Virus record (IMG/VR): IMGVR_UViG_3300025137_005412
Coordinates: 64,001-128,000 of that record
Length of the DNA: 64,000 nucleotides
From: a virus
Reading direction: 5' to 3' (one strand)
The translations under genes were made by a program, and so were the position numbers. Shown here piece by piece: positions 36,943 through 47,941 of this stretch (the stretch's first letter is position 1; each line of letters starts with the position of its first letter). Under the pieces are notes generated by a model, which saw only the letters and a list, made by a program, of their open reading frames with translations, had not been told where the DNA came from and ran no database searches.

Positions 36943-39054
36943 TTATCCAGACGATCGCTTAAACCAAACTTGTACATTCATTTGGATTGGATCTATTGGG
37001 TTAGCACTAGCATCCCATGTACGTACACGGATAGCTCTATTGTTTGGATTTGCAATGAGTGGTTTACCACCAAAGACATCGATTGTTGCTCCTGTTTCTG
37101 AATCAGCTCCAGGACCAGGTGCTACTGCATTTGCGCCTTGAGCATCAATTGATGAGAATATCGGTTGACCTTGTGGTGCACATGTTGATACTGCCATTGA
37201 CATATAGAATCCATTAGTATCTGTAATTGGTACTACTTCAGAATCTAATAAGAAGAAGTAAATACCTTCAGCATGTCTTGAATATTTTAACTGATCTGAA
37301 TCAAATCCGTATGTTGCTCTATCAATAATCTTATTAGGATTAGGACCATTATCTGAATCAAATGAAACTCTCATCCAAGCTGCTGTGACTGGTGTCTCTT
37401 TAATAGCATCTGCAAATTGATGTGTCCATTGACCACCAGAATAAACTAATGATTCACCAATACTTGGTTGTTGACCATCGACTGCTTCATCAACATTTGA
37501 TAATTGACCAAGAGAACTTACTCCAGTTGTTGGACCACTGAATGAGTATACAGCTACAAAGTCATTAACACTGAGTTTAGTTGGGAATAATATATCATTA
37601 CCATTTACTTGATATTCAAGAACTGGTGATTGTGATAGTAGTAAACCATTAAGGAATACTAATACGTTTTGTGGGTCATTTGATGCTCCTAATACTGGAG
37701 AACAATCTACTAATCCAGTAGTAAATCCTGGATGATTAGTATTATTCACAGTAAATGTATGTTCTAAAGTATTAAATGATTCTGATGGTAATCTATTACC
37801 ACCTAATTGGTTTGATACGTTTCTTATCCATACAGCAGATAATTCATCTGAATCTTTCACATAGTTATCTGAATCAAATGCAATCATTCTTGATGCTTTG
37901 TAAGTGTTTACCTGATCAGAATCTGAATCAAAATAATAGAAGTCTCCTTGTTTCTGTGATATGTTTATACCATTCAAGAAGATTAAAGGATTACCACCGA
38001 CTCTAGCAACAATCATATCAGAATCACTGTAGATATCTGAATCAATCATTCTAAATGTTTGGTGATTTCCATTTGCACTTTGTGCGGTTGTACGAGATTT
38101 TCTAAATACAACAAAATCTGAATCTGCAAATTTAAAGTTCTTATAGAAGTGAGCTACTGATTCATCAATAGGTGATATAATAGAAACTTCATCATTTGCT
38201 TTTAAACTTCCATAGAATTGAATTGCATCAGATGGACCAGAAACTACTTGGTCAACATCTTTAGTTGTGACATTTGCAAGAATTCTATAATCAATAAATG
38301 CATACTTATCAGAATCAGAATCTCTTGTAGTTGTACCTGAACCTGTAGGAGATCTACCATCTCCAAATGCATCTGAATCTACTGGCTGTAAATGACCATT
38401 AACAAATACTACAGCATTTGCATTTGAAATTACTTTTGAGAAACCAATCTTTGTATCTGAATCTGTAATTGATTGTGGTGAAACTGCAGCTGACTGAAAG
38501 TCAATAGTAAAGTTTCCTGTTTTATCTGGATCTTGTGGTTCATACTTATTACCAGTCCATCTTAAATATTGACCAACAGTTGGACCTTTATCATTATTCA
38601 TATCACTCATTAAACGAGTAGACATTTCAGCTTGTAGTTCTGCTAATTTAGGATTATAGTTTGAATTTGTTGGGTCTAGATTATTTCTACTTTTTGCTAT
38701 TACAGCATCAACAACAGCATCCATAAGATCACTATCAAAGTGTTGACCTGATCTGAATTCAACGGTACCAGCGGTATTAAATGCTTCTTTTCTATCAGCA
38801 TCTTTTTGTACTTTATTAAATACGAGTTTGTCTTTAATTGCTGTTGAATGTCTTGTTTCAATTGTAGGATTTGCTTGATCTGGATTTACAATGAATACAT
38901 CACTATCTTTACCTGAGTTATAGTTTGCATTATCTCTCTTTACTGATAACGTAGTAAATGTTTCAATTGTATTATCACTATCAATACGTGATTTAGTTCC
39001 GTCAACTACGAAACCAGCACCTAATTTTGATAAATCTCTTGTCTTAGTACCCAT
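36943..39054 (-). CDS. Virion structural/fibre protein, DSD-rich
   Basis: MGTKTRDLS start, GQYLRWTG and LGQLSNVD..GESLVY.GG.W fibre motifs, repeated VF.NG domains, about 18 DS[D/E]. Confidence 0.7.
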   Translation of the reverse strand: MGTKTRDLSKLGAGFVVDGTKSRIDSDNTIETFTTLSVKRDNANYNSGKDSDVFIVNPDQANPTIETRHSTAIKDKLVFNKVQKDADRKEAFNTAGTVEFRSGQHFDSDLMDAVVDAVIAKSRNNLDPTNSNYNPKLAELQAEMSTRLMSDMNNDKGPTVGQYLRWTGNKYEPQDPDKTGNFTIDFQSAAVSPQSITDSDTKIGFSKVISNANAVVFVNGHLQPVDSDAFGDGRSPTGSGTTTRDSDSDKYAFIDYRILANVTTKDVDQVVSGPSDAIQFYGSLKANDEVSIISPIDESVAHFYKNFKFADSDFVVFRKSRTTAQSANGNHQTFRMIDSDIYSDSDMIVARVGGNPLIFLNGINISQKQGDFYYFDSDSDQVNTYKASRMIAFDSDNYVKDSDELSAVWIRNVSNQLGGNRLPSESFNTLEHTFTVNNTNHPGFTTGLVDCSPVLGASNDPQNVLVFLNGLLLSQSPVLEYQVNGNDILFPTKLSVNDFVAVYSFSGPTTGVSSLGQLSNVDEAVDGQQPSIGESLVYSGGQWTHQFADAIKETPVTAAWMRVSFDSDNGPNPNKIIDRATYGFDSDQLKYSRHAEGIYFFLLDSEVVPITDTNGFYMSMAVSTCAPQGQPIFSSIDAQGANAVAPGPGADSETGATIDVFGGKPLIANPNNRAIRVRTWDASANPIDPIQMNVQVWFKRSSG

Positions 39055-39067
39055 AGTTTATTTAATC

Positions 39068-41413
39068 CTAATTTACCATTGTGTGATACTCAATAGTGAT
39101 CACATCGGCTATCGCGGTGTTTACCGCAAAGTTAATAACAATATTCGAACCTGAAACTGCTGATGAACTTATATCAACCGTATGGTTAACTAAAGCAGTA
39201 CCTAATCTATTATAAGATTTAGAATTTAATTGTCTTACACCATTGTGAAATACTTTAATGTTTTCTGCTAATGGTGTTGTGACTTTATTTGGTACTACAA
39301 ATGTAAATGATGAGTATGAACCTTCAGAATCATTTACAATATGTTCTTGTGTTATCATTCTAAATGAATTAGCAATATGTTTAGAGAATATTTGGTCTAT
39401 ATCACTATCATCTCTTATTACTTGAACAACTCCTCTTGCAGTTCTTCTCTGTAAGTCAGAGTCTGAATCAAATGTTTGAATATAATTCTTTTTAAGTGTT
39501 GCTTTTAAATTTGTACCAGAAACAAGATCATCTGAGTCTAATCTTTGAACTCTATCTAAAATTAAATTATCAAATCTTACACGTAGGTCTGAATCTCTAG
39601 CCATAGAATCTGAATCAGAAGCAACTGCACTTTCAGATATTCTATTTAGTAAATGTGTGAATGTTCTTGATACAAGTTCTGAATCTGAATCCATCTTTAA
39701 GATTTCTTTTCTTGCTACACTTTGTATAAGATTGTTCTCAGAATCTTGATTTATTAATTGGTTTATAACTATATCTGAAAGTCTATCTTTAAGACTCGTG
39801 TCAGAGTCAATAGTTTTCATTACAATATCATTTACAATAACTGATTTATCTGAATCAGTAAATGATCCAATAATTGCTCTTCTTACTTTCTCTAATTCTG
39901 AATCATTACCATTCTTATAACCATTATCTGAATCACCAGATCCAAATACATATTCTCTTAATGGTCTCCATATTTTATGTCTGTGTAGTTTCTTATCACT
40001 GTCAGAAATATTAACACCATTTCCACCAAGATATCTTACAGAAGTTCTTTCTACAAACTTTTTATTAATATCAAAGAATTTTCTTGCAAATGATGGGTGA
40101 TACATGTAGTAGTTTGTATGTGTTCTCTTACCACCGTTAGTTGCTCTACTTCTGTAATCAGAATCTTTTAATTCCATCATGCTGTCTGAATCTACAGCAC
40201 CAAGTCTGAGTCCCATGAAACCCCAGAAGTTTGCATTTCTGGCAATTAGATCTGCAATATAATCTGAATCTTTTCTTACTTGAACAAGAACACCCGGTTG
40301 GGTTTTCTTATCATAACCTAATGAATATCCTTCAGAGTCTGAATCAGTTAATACTCCACGACCTTGTTGAGCATCAATTGTTCCTGAACCTGAGACACCT
40401 GCTAGATATTGAAACTCTGAATCACGTTTTAGGTGACTAAAATCAAGGTAATCATAGAATAAGTTAAAATTACCAGTGTGTAATGGTTGTGATCTTCTTG
40501 TGACTGTTTGATATGTAGCACCTAATCTTGTTCCAAGTAAGTTAGCACCATAAGTTCTCGTATGACCAGCATTAGTAAAGTCTGAATCAAGTATAATACC
40601 TTCAACAACTATAGATGCGAGTTTTCTTCTAAGGTAATAAAGTCTATTTCTGTTTGTATCTGAATCAATTAAATTATTTGTATCTGAGTCATGCTTAAGA
40701 GCACCATAAGAGAGATCTCTGTTAAATGGTAATAATAGTCTTTCAGTATTGCTTGCTGAGTTTCGTAAACCTATAGAATTTTCTTCAAAGAAATCAAGAA
40801 ATACTTCTAACATGTCTGTTGCAGCTGGTAAGTCTGAATCGTAATGTAATGGTAATTGTCTTGCAATAGCTTTATAGCCATCACTATCATTCTTGACAAT
40901 ATTCAATTCAGCTTGTAATCTTCTTAGTTCTACTTGATCAAATTTTATGAAGTTTATAAAATATGCTTTTAGTAATGTTTTGAAACTTATAAATTTTGAT
41001 GCTGAATCAGAGTCAGCCGCCATCAATACATGCGGAGCTCCTTTATAAGTGTTTCCTGCACCATCATCAAATGAAACAGGTATCTCATCTATGAAAGATC
41101 TAAGTTTTGACCATTCAGCTGAGTTAGGACCAGTGCCACTATCAATAGCTGAAGTCTTACTCCAACCAGAAGGCTTGCCATAATATTCTACTAGGTGATC
41201 GCTATCTATGTTTTGGTATATTGTATTGATGACATCTGAGTCCATGGTTCGAGCGATTGAACGAACATAGTGTCTGAGATCATCAGAAACTCGTTTTGAA
41301 TCGTGGGCCGTAACTCCACGTGAGTCATATATTTTTGAGATTTTTGCCCAATCGGAACGTAATCCCGTTACGTCGGTCTGAAAGGGTCTTATCTCGGAAT
41401 CATTCAATGCCAT
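39068..41413 (-). CDS. Large DSD-rich protein, probably virion-associated
   Basis: 781 aa with about 30 DS[D/E]; C-terminal VFHNGVRQ...I.F...D.ITIEY domain like other structural proteins; late promoter upstream. Confidence 0.65.
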   Translation of the reverse strand: MALNDSEIRPFQTDVTGLRSDWAKISKIYDSRGVTAHDSKRVSDDLRHYVRSIARTMDSDVINTIYQNIDSDHLVEYYGKPSGWSKTSAIDSGTGPNSAEWSKLRSFIDEIPVSFDDGAGNTYKGAPHVLMAADSDSASKFISFKTLLKAYFINFIKFDQVELRRLQAELNIVKNDSDGYKAIARQLPLHYDSDLPAATDMLEVFLDFFEENSIGLRNSASNTERLLLPFNRDLSYGALKHDSDTNNLIDSDTNRNRLYYLRRKLASIVVEGIILDSDFTNAGHTRTYGANLLGTRLGATYQTVTRRSQPLHTGNFNLFYDYLDFSHLKRDSEFQYLAGVSGSGTIDAQQGRGVLTDSDSEGYSLGYDKKTQPGVLVQVRKDSDYIADLIARNANFWGFMGLRLGAVDSDSMMELKDSDYRSRATNGGKRTHTNYYMYHPSFARKFFDINKKFVERTSVRYLGGNGVNISDSDKKLHRHKIWRPLREYVFGSGDSDNGYKNGNDSELEKVRRAIIGSFTDSDKSVIVNDIVMKTIDSDTSLKDRLSDIVINQLINQDSENNLIQSVARKEILKMDSDSELVSRTFTHLLNRISESAVASDSDSMARDSDLRVRFDNLILDRVQRLDSDDLVSGTNLKATLKKNYIQTFDSDSDLQRRTARGVVQVIRDDSDIDQIFSKHIANSFRMITQEHIVNDSEGSYSSFTFVVPNKVTTPLAENIKVFHNGVRQLNSKSYNRLGTALVNHTVDISSSAVSGSNIVINFAVNTAIADVITIEYHTMVN

Positions 41414-41442
41414 TGGTCACCAATTATAAAGTATACTTGATT

Positions 41443-41465
41443 TATTTATTCTTTTGGAATAAATA
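41443..41465. promoter_or_regulatory. Back-to-back late promoters
   Basis: TATTTATT (41443-50, minus-strand AATAAATA) and AATAAATA (41458-65) form an inverted repeat between divergent structural operons. Confidence 0.7.
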
Positions 41466-41469
41466 ATTC

Positions 41470-41877
41470 ATGGCAATACAACAGACATTTCAAAGAAAAA
41501 GCAAATATAAAGATTTCGATCTAAACTTCACAAAACACCCTCTTACAAATGATTTAGCTGTAAAAAAAGGTGTATCATCTATTAATCAATCTGTGAAGAG
41601 TTTAATTCAGACCGCTTTCTATGAGAGACCATTTCAACCGACTCTTGGTTCACAAGCTAGAAGCCTTTTGTTTGAAAATGCTGATGCGATAGTTATACAG
41701 AACATGAGAACATTGATCAAAGAGACAATTACAAATCATGAACCAAGAGTAGCAGTGCGAAGTATTGCTATTCAAGATATGACAGATTCAAATGCTTATG
41801 CTATTGAATTAAGATATGAGATGCTTGATATTAAAACAGATGAGACACTCAATATAGTTCTCGAGAGACTGAGGTAA
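41470..41877 (+). CDS. gp25: Baseplate wedge gp25
   Basis: YKDFDLNF..HP...D, SI.QSV..L..T..YERPF.P..G, I..HEPRV, L.RLR. Confidence 0.95.
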   Translation: MAIQQTFQRKSKYKDFDLNFTKHPLTNDLAVKKGVSSINQSVKSLIQTAFYERPFQPTLGSQARSLLFENADAIVIQNMRTLIKETITNHEPRVAVRSIAIQDMTDSNAYAIELRYEMLDIKTDETLNIVLERLR

Positions 41878-41879
41878 AA

Positions 41880-43694
41880 ATGTCCGACAATAGACCAATT
41901 ATAGCCAATCCTGATTTCAATGATATAAAACAGGATATCATTACACATTTCAAAGCAGATTCTAATTTTGCTGACTATGATTTCAAAGGTTCAGCTATGA
42001 ATACTATCATAGATATTCTAGCTTATAACACACACTATAATAATCTTGCTGCAAACTATCTTGTAAATGAATCATTCTTAGATACAGCACTCATGAGAAA
42101 TAATATCATTTCAATTTCTAAGATGTTGAACTATACACCAAGATCTAAAGCTGCAGCTAAAGCAAGTTTAACATTAAGAATTCCAAAAGTAAATGGTAAT
42201 AACGTTTACACAATTCCAGCTGGAAGTTTATTTACCGCTTCTGATGGTTCAACAACATATAACTTCTACACATTAAGAAACTACAGTGTTCAATATGATG
42301 CAACTGATGCGAACGGTGTCACAAGAGATGTGATTATAGAAATTTGTGAAGGTGATCAAATTACACAAAGATTTGCAGCTACAGCTGAACACACAAGTTT
42401 TCCTAAATTTGAATTAGGTAATAAAGGAATAGACACAAAAACAATTAGTGTATCAGTAAATGGAGAGACTTGGACACCAGTCACAAACGATACACAAGGA
42501 ACCACTGGAGTTTCAAACCTTAGTACAATATATTTTATTGAAGAAACAAGAAATTTACAACATAGTATTATGTTTGGTAATGGTGTATTAGGTAAGAAGC
42601 TAGAAGTTGGTGATGAAATATTAGCAACATACATCGTAACGAATGGTGCAGAAGCAAATGGAATTAATAATTTTTCAATTAAGATTTCTGGAAGATCTGA
42701 TATAACAACAGTATTGACAGTGCCAGCTGATGGTGGTGGTGATATAGAAACTATAAGAGAAATTAAAGACAACGCACCTAACTGGTTCCAAGCACAATTC
42801 AGAGCCGTAACAGAAAATGATTATAAAGCTATATTAAAAAAAGAGTATGCTGATATTCAAGCTTTGAATGTTTATGGTGGTGAAACTGTAGGTAAACCTG
42901 GTAAAGTTTTCTTTTCAATTAAACCAAAGTCTGGTGACAAATTAACAGAACAAGCAAAACTTACAATCACTAGAGATATATTATCTAAATTTAATCTTGT
43001 GACTGTCACACCAACTGTTGTAGATCCACTTATAACAAGAATTATTGTTAAAACAGTTTTACAATTTGACAACTCTAAGATTACTACAAGTTCTGAAGTT
43101 TTAGAATCTAAAGTATTAGCATTGTATAATGTATTGAACTCATCTTACATTGGTGATTTTATGGAATCATTCTCAGTGTCAAGATTAATGGAAGAAATTT
43201 TAAAGCTAGATAATTCAATCACAGCTGTAAATCCTAGAATCAATTTAAGATTTAATGTAAATGCAAAGAATTCGCTTTTAGATAATTCATCATTCACATT
43301 TAATAATAGATTACATACTGAACCTTATGCTGGTGAAGCCTCTGTAGGTGGTGTATTAAATTCAACATTATTTAAAAGATCTGGAAGAACTAACTTCTCC
43401 AAATTTGTAGATGATGGTAAAGGAATATTAAGACTTGTTGATGTAATTGAAGGTTCAAACATTATTGTTAACACATCAGCAGGAACAATAAATTATGAAA
43501 CAGGTGAAGTTAATGTCACTGATTTTGATCCAGAAGATGGAACAATTGGTTTTATCGTTATACCAGAATCTTTTGATGTTCAGGTACAAGGTAATTATCT
43601 TTTACAAATATCAACTGGAGATTCAACAGTAAGAGCGATTGATAAGAATGATACAGCTTCACTCAACTTATTTAATGTATCGAGAGCAAGTTAA
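41880..43694 (+). CDS. gp6: Baseplate wedge gp6
   Basis: DF..IK, F.DYDF.GS.M..IDILAYNTHY, NESFLD.A, FGNG.LG, Q.RAVT..DY. Confidence 0.95.
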   Translation: MSDNRPIIANPDFNDIKQDIITHFKADSNFADYDFKGSAMNTIIDILAYNTHYNNLAANYLVNESFLDTALMRNNIISISKMLNYTPRSKAAAKASLTLRIPKVNGNNVYTIPAGSLFTASDGSTTYNFYTLRNYSVQYDATDANGVTRDVIIEICEGDQITQRFAATAEHTSFPKFELGNKGIDTKTISVSVNGETWTPVTNDTQGTTGVSNLSTIYFIEETRNLQHSIMFGNGVLGKKLEVGDEILATYIVTNGAEANGINNFSIKISGRSDITTVLTVPADGGGDIETIREIKDNAPNWFQAQFRAVTENDYKAILKKEYADIQALNVYGGETVGKPGKVFFSIKPKSGDKLTEQAKLTITRDILSKFNLVTVTPTVVDPLITRIIVKTVLQFDNSKITTSSEVLESKVLALYNVLNSSYIGDFMESFSVSRLMEEILKLDNSITAVNPRINLRFNVNAKNSLLDNSSFTFNNRLHTEPYAGEASVGGVLNSTLFKRSGRTNFSKFVDDGKGILRLVDVIEGSNIIVNTSAGTINYETGEVNVTDFDPEDGTIGFIVIPESFDVQVQGNYLLQISTGDSTVRAIDKNDTASLNLFNVSRAS

Positions 43695-46600
43695 TGGCCA
43701 AACATATACTGCCAATAGTCAAAACGCAGTTGCCGGAGTTCATAAGATCTGAACATCCGCAATTTGAGCTGTTCATCAGTGCATATTACGAGTATCTAGA
43801 AAAACAAACTGATAGTGATTCAACATCAGCTTTAAATCTTTTTAAGTCTGCACCCAATGCGGGTGCAATAATAAACAATGCAGAAGAATATCGTGATGTA
43901 CATACTACACTTAACGAGTTCAAAGAGTACTTTCAAAAACAATTAACTCCATTTGTAATAACAGGAAACAAAGTCACAGATGGAATAGTATTCCAAAAAG
44001 CTAGAGATGTTTACTTATCTAAAGGTTCTCCAAATTCATTTAAGCTTTTATTTAGAATATTGTTTGGTCAAGAGATTGATCTCTTCGAACCTAAAAATCA
44101 AATTCTTATTGCTTCAGAATCATTGTATACATCATTTGCACAGATAAAAGCTGAAGTAATACAAAATGAATCTAATCTTGGTGACTTTAATTATGAGCTT
44201 GCAACAATACGTTTAGACACTGACATAAATGATAGTGATGCATCTAAGAATATACTCACTGTTCTTGATGGTACATTTACTGGTGTTACGAAAAACAATA
44301 GAACAGTACTTACATTATATCTTACAAAAAATCCAGATTCAGATATGAATGGATTACTTGTTCCAAGAAGAGAAGTACTTTTAAGAGATTCACAAGACCC
44401 CACAAAAGAAGTAAAAGTAAGATTATTAAATCACTTAGGAAATGTAAGTGTCACAGACGGTGGTTCTGGATTTAGAATTGGTGATAAGTTCTTTGTAAGA
44501 GATACCACAACAACTATACCAGTTCAGGTGACGAAAGTTGCATCAGGCGAAATTGATAGATTAATGATAAGATCAAGAGGTACTAACTACAGAGTTGGTG
44601 ATACAATTGAATTTCTTGATACCGCCTCAGGTGCAGGTGCTTTAGCATTCATTACCGGTGTTGATCAACAAGGTACAGTCACACAAATAGATGGTACAAA
44701 TGTAAGATTAGGTGAAGCAAATACTGGTTATCTTTCAGAAGAATTTGAACCTGTAGTAGTTCCTATTATTCAAAAAGGTCAATACACACATATTCCTGTA
44801 CCATTTATAAGAACAAATACTGGTTCTGGTTTAGTAGTAAGTGGTCTATCATCTCAGGTTGGAAAGATATTAGAGGTATCTACTCCACAAACTGGATTCT
44901 TTGACTCAGATAGTTTTGGTATTCCAACACTTGAAAGTCCATTAGGTATCAGAATTACAAATGAAGAATCAATTGATGTAGGTAATGTTATTGAGTTTCA
45001 ACATTTTACACCAGATTCAGAAGGTGGTTCATTAAGACACGATAGTGAAGTCTTTACAATTAATTTAACAATACAAGATTCTGATGGTATTACAAATGAT
45101 AGTGATACATTATATTGGTCTGGTATAGAAGAACTTGGAACAAACGTATTGTATGATAGCACTTCTGGTGGTTCTAATTATGCTCCTGGAAGTATGGCTG
45201 ATTCAGATGATATAATTGTTTCAAGCAACTTTGACAAACACCGATTTGATGGTAGAAGTAATGGTCTATTTAGTACTCAATGGGTTCAAGGTATAGTAGA
45301 ACCTAAACTTTTAGGTGGCAATAGAACTAAAGATGCACGTCATTATGTAAACTATTCATCTAACAGAAAGTATTTCTTTAGAAGTGGTTTAAAATTTAAG
45401 ATTATAAGAATGCCTGTTGCATGGGATTCTGAAAATTACAATTGGAAAATTAGACAAATAAAATATTATGACTCTGATGGAGATAGTGATTTTATAGAAA
45501 GATGGAAAGCAAATCCTGAATTTGATATTCAAGGAATTACACCAACTTATTATTCTTGGGAATTAGGTCAACCAGGTCCTAATAAATGGGCTAGATGGGT
45601 AAGTGCTTGGGCAGCAATTGATGGTGGTCACTTAAATGAATCAGATGGTAAGTTTACAACAACTGCAACCGAAGGAAATGCAGCATGGAAAAATATTCAA
45701 CACCAAACTACAAGAGTTGCAGGTAAACCTGGACAAAGATATGGATATCCAGTAAACAGATCAGATTCTGATGAATATCAATTAGGTCAATTTAGTAATA
45801 GTACAAATGCTATTGATTCAGTTGACATGCCACTAGATAAGTATAAGAATGCTGGTATGAGATTAGGCGATCCAGAAAGAACTACACATCCAGTAGATTC
45901 TGACAACGGTGGTGGTGGTACTAGTGGTATTAATATATGGTACGATCATGCGGATAACGCTAGTGAAGCTGGTGATTTAATTAAGTTGCAAACAGAACCA
46001 GCATCAAGACATGCAGTACAAGCTTTTCCAATTAAGATCGATGACCCAAGACTTTACAGATTAGATAAGTTTCATTTAGATCAATTAAAACAATCTGCAG
46101 TAAATGATTCTGAAAACACATTAACATATAGTACAGAGATTTTTGTATCTGCAGACTTATCAGATTCTGATGGTTCAGGTAAGGGAACATCAAAAACTAT
46201 TGGTGAATTTGTTAGTACTGGATATGGTGGTGTAGTTGCTACTAAATCAGCTGACGGTACAAGCTTTACAATTTCTAAGGCAGATAGCGAGCAGGTTTTA
46301 TCTACATTGAACAAACCAATGAATTTCCCTAATGATAGTGAAATACTAGTTTTTGATAGATTACCTCACGCATTGTTAAGAGTTATTAAAGTAAACCCTT
46401 CTGACGGTACTAAACTATCACAAGAAACATTCCCAGTTTCAAATGCTATAGTTCAATATGAATCACCAATTTTGAAAACAGGTTTTCCTCTTACTTCAAT
46501 AACAGAAAAAACATTTCTTAACGAATCAGGTTTTTTAAGTTCTATTTCTGGTGGTATATTAAGAGATAACTATACAGTATCAGAATTCTCATACATCATT

Positions 46601-47941
46601 CAAACAGAATTATCTATGAATAAATGGAGAGGACCAATCAAAGATACTTTACATCCTGCTGGAATGTATATGTTTGGTGAATTAAATGTTGATACGAGTG
46701 CTGAAATCAATACAGGAAATTCTGCATTGCCACACACAGACATTGGTACTGAAGCATCTTCACTTACATTTGATGCAGATGATGATTATTATAATGATAA
46801 GCAAACTGAAGGTATTGCTGTTTTTTCAGATAGTATTTCTTTTGCTTCAAATCCATTTAATGTTGTATCATTAACAAACGATGCATCAGGAACTTTCCTT
46901 ACCGCAGATTATACTCAGAGAAATGTTGAATCATCAATACAATCACAAAGAGGAAATGCTTTCTTTGATTATGAACCAGTTGGTCTCGTACATAAAGTAT
47001 GGACAGTGTTTGACTCTGAAGGTCATTACAATCATGTAAGAGGAGCAATTGATTCAGACTCTGATTTGAAAGCTAAATTTGGAATGTACTTCACACCAAG
47101 ACAAGGTGATGGTAAACTAATATTAGGTTCAGGCTTTGATTCAGATTTCTTTAAGAGAGATATTACAACACAAGTTCATGATAGTGAAATTACTCGTGAC
47201 TCAAAAGTTAATAATGTAAAAACTCATTATGTGCCTAGTGAATTTCATGGAGCCAAAAGATATGGTAATATAGAATTAATTGGTATATCACAAGTCAAAT
47301 ATGAAGATTTTGAGTTATTTAGAGTTTATGATTCAGAAATTCCAAAAGATATTTTTCAAAGATGGGATGCTGAAACTGCCGTAACATTTGAAAAAATTGA
47401 TTACAGTAGAATCAAAGATAGTGATAAAGATGTTGATACGTTCAACACTCCATTAGAAAGAACAAGAGAAATAAGAATAAGTAAAGCTGTTGACTTTAAC
47501 ACAGCATTAAGACTTAATAAAGATTTGAACTTCACAGTAAATGGAACAACTTACTATGACTTAGAAGCATTTGAACAAAAGTATCATAACTTCAATGCTT
47601 TAAGAGATTCTGAGTACAATGAAGGTTGGAGCATACCAGGAAAATTCACAGCATTAGGTAATATTAGACAGACTGCACCTGACTCAGAATATGATTCAGA
47701 TATGATTGTAAGAGATGATCAAGCACGTAAGCGATTTGCTATTGAAAAAGAAAGAGGATATTCAGATACTAAATCACCTCGAACAGCAAGAGCTTTTGGA
47801 AATTATTTAGGTGGATCTAATACTATAATCGTAAGACCTACTTATCCTGCGGGTGCTGGAATAAATAATACAGCACAACTATTAGGAACAGTTTCTGACT
47901 CAGATTACAAAGAGAATCTAGAATTTAAGAGAAAAAATTAA
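43694..47941 (+). CDS. gp7: Baseplate wedge gp7-like protein, DSD-rich
   Basis: QLPEFI..EHP.F..F..AYYEYLE, Y.SKG...SF.LLFR.LFG, FSY.I, HPAG..MFG; between gp6 and gp8; about 29 DS[D/E]. Confidence 0.8.
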   Translation: MAKHILPIVKTQLPEFIRSEHPQFELFISAYYEYLEKQTDSDSTSALNLFKSAPNAGAIINNAEEYRDVHTTLNEFKEYFQKQLTPFVITGNKVTDGIVFQKARDVYLSKGSPNSFKLLFRILFGQEIDLFEPKNQILIASESLYTSFAQIKAEVIQNESNLGDFNYELATIRLDTDINDSDASKNILTVLDGTFTGVTKNNRTVLTLYLTKNPDSDMNGLLVPRREVLLRDSQDPTKEVKVRLLNHLGNVSVTDGGSGFRIGDKFFVRDTTTTIPVQVTKVASGEIDRLMIRSRGTNYRVGDTIEFLDTASGAGALAFITGVDQQGTVTQIDGTNVRLGEANTGYLSEEFEPVVVPIIQKGQYTHIPVPFIRTNTGSGLVVSGLSSQVGKILEVSTPQTGFFDSDSFGIPTLESPLGIRITNEESIDVGNVIEFQHFTPDSEGGSLRHDSEVFTINLTIQDSDGITNDSDTLYWSGIEELGTNVLYDSTSGGSNYAPGSMADSDDIIVSSNFDKHRFDGRSNGLFSTQWVQGIVEPKLLGGNRTKDARHYVNYSSNRKYFFRSGLKFKIIRMPVAWDSENYNWKIRQIKYYDSDGDSDFIERWKANPEFDIQGITPTYYSWELGQPGPNKWARWVSAWAAIDGGHLNESDGKFTTTATEGNAAWKNIQHQTTRVAGKPGQRYGYPVNRSDSDEYQLGQFSNSTNAIDSVDMPLDKYKNAGMRLGDPERTTHPVDSDNGGGGTSGINIWYDHADNASEAGDLIKLQTEPASRHAVQAFPIKIDDPRLYRLDKFHLDQLKQSAVNDSENTLTYSTEIFVSADLSDSDGSGKGTSKTIGEFVSTGYGGVVATKSADGTSFTISKADSEQVLSTLNKPMNFPNDSEILVFDRLPHALLRVIKVNPSDGTKLSQETFPVSNAIVQYESPILKTGFPLTSITEKTFLNESGFLSSISGGILRDNYTVSEFSYIIQTELSMNKWRGPIKDTLHPAGMYMFGELNVDTSAEINTGNSALPHTDIGTEASSLTFDADDDYYNDKQTEGIAVFSDSISFASNPFNVVSLTNDASGTFLTADYTQRNVESSIQSQRGNAFFDYEPVGLVHKVWTVFDSEGHYNHVRGAIDSDSDLKAKFGMYFTPRQGDGKLILGSGFDSDFFKRDITTQVHDSEITRDSKVNNVKTHYVPSEFHGAKRYGNIELIGISQVKYEDFELFRVYDSEIPKDIFQRWDAETAVTFEKIDYSRIKDSDKDVDTFNTPLERTREIRISKAVDFNTALRLNKDLNFTVNGTTYYDLEAFEQKYHNFNALRDSEYNEGWSIPGKFTALGNIRQTAPDSEYDSDMIVRDDQARKRFAIEKERGYSDTKSPRTARAFGNYLGGSNTIIVRPTYPAGAGINNTAQLLGTVSDSDYKENLEFKRKN

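Noticed and set aside
39068-41413. DSD pattern as a tandem DNA repeat or DGR-type element
   Set aside because: Spacing is irregular, flanks are unrelated, codons vary (TCA/TCT/AGT/AGC), and no reverse transcriptase or template repeat is visible.
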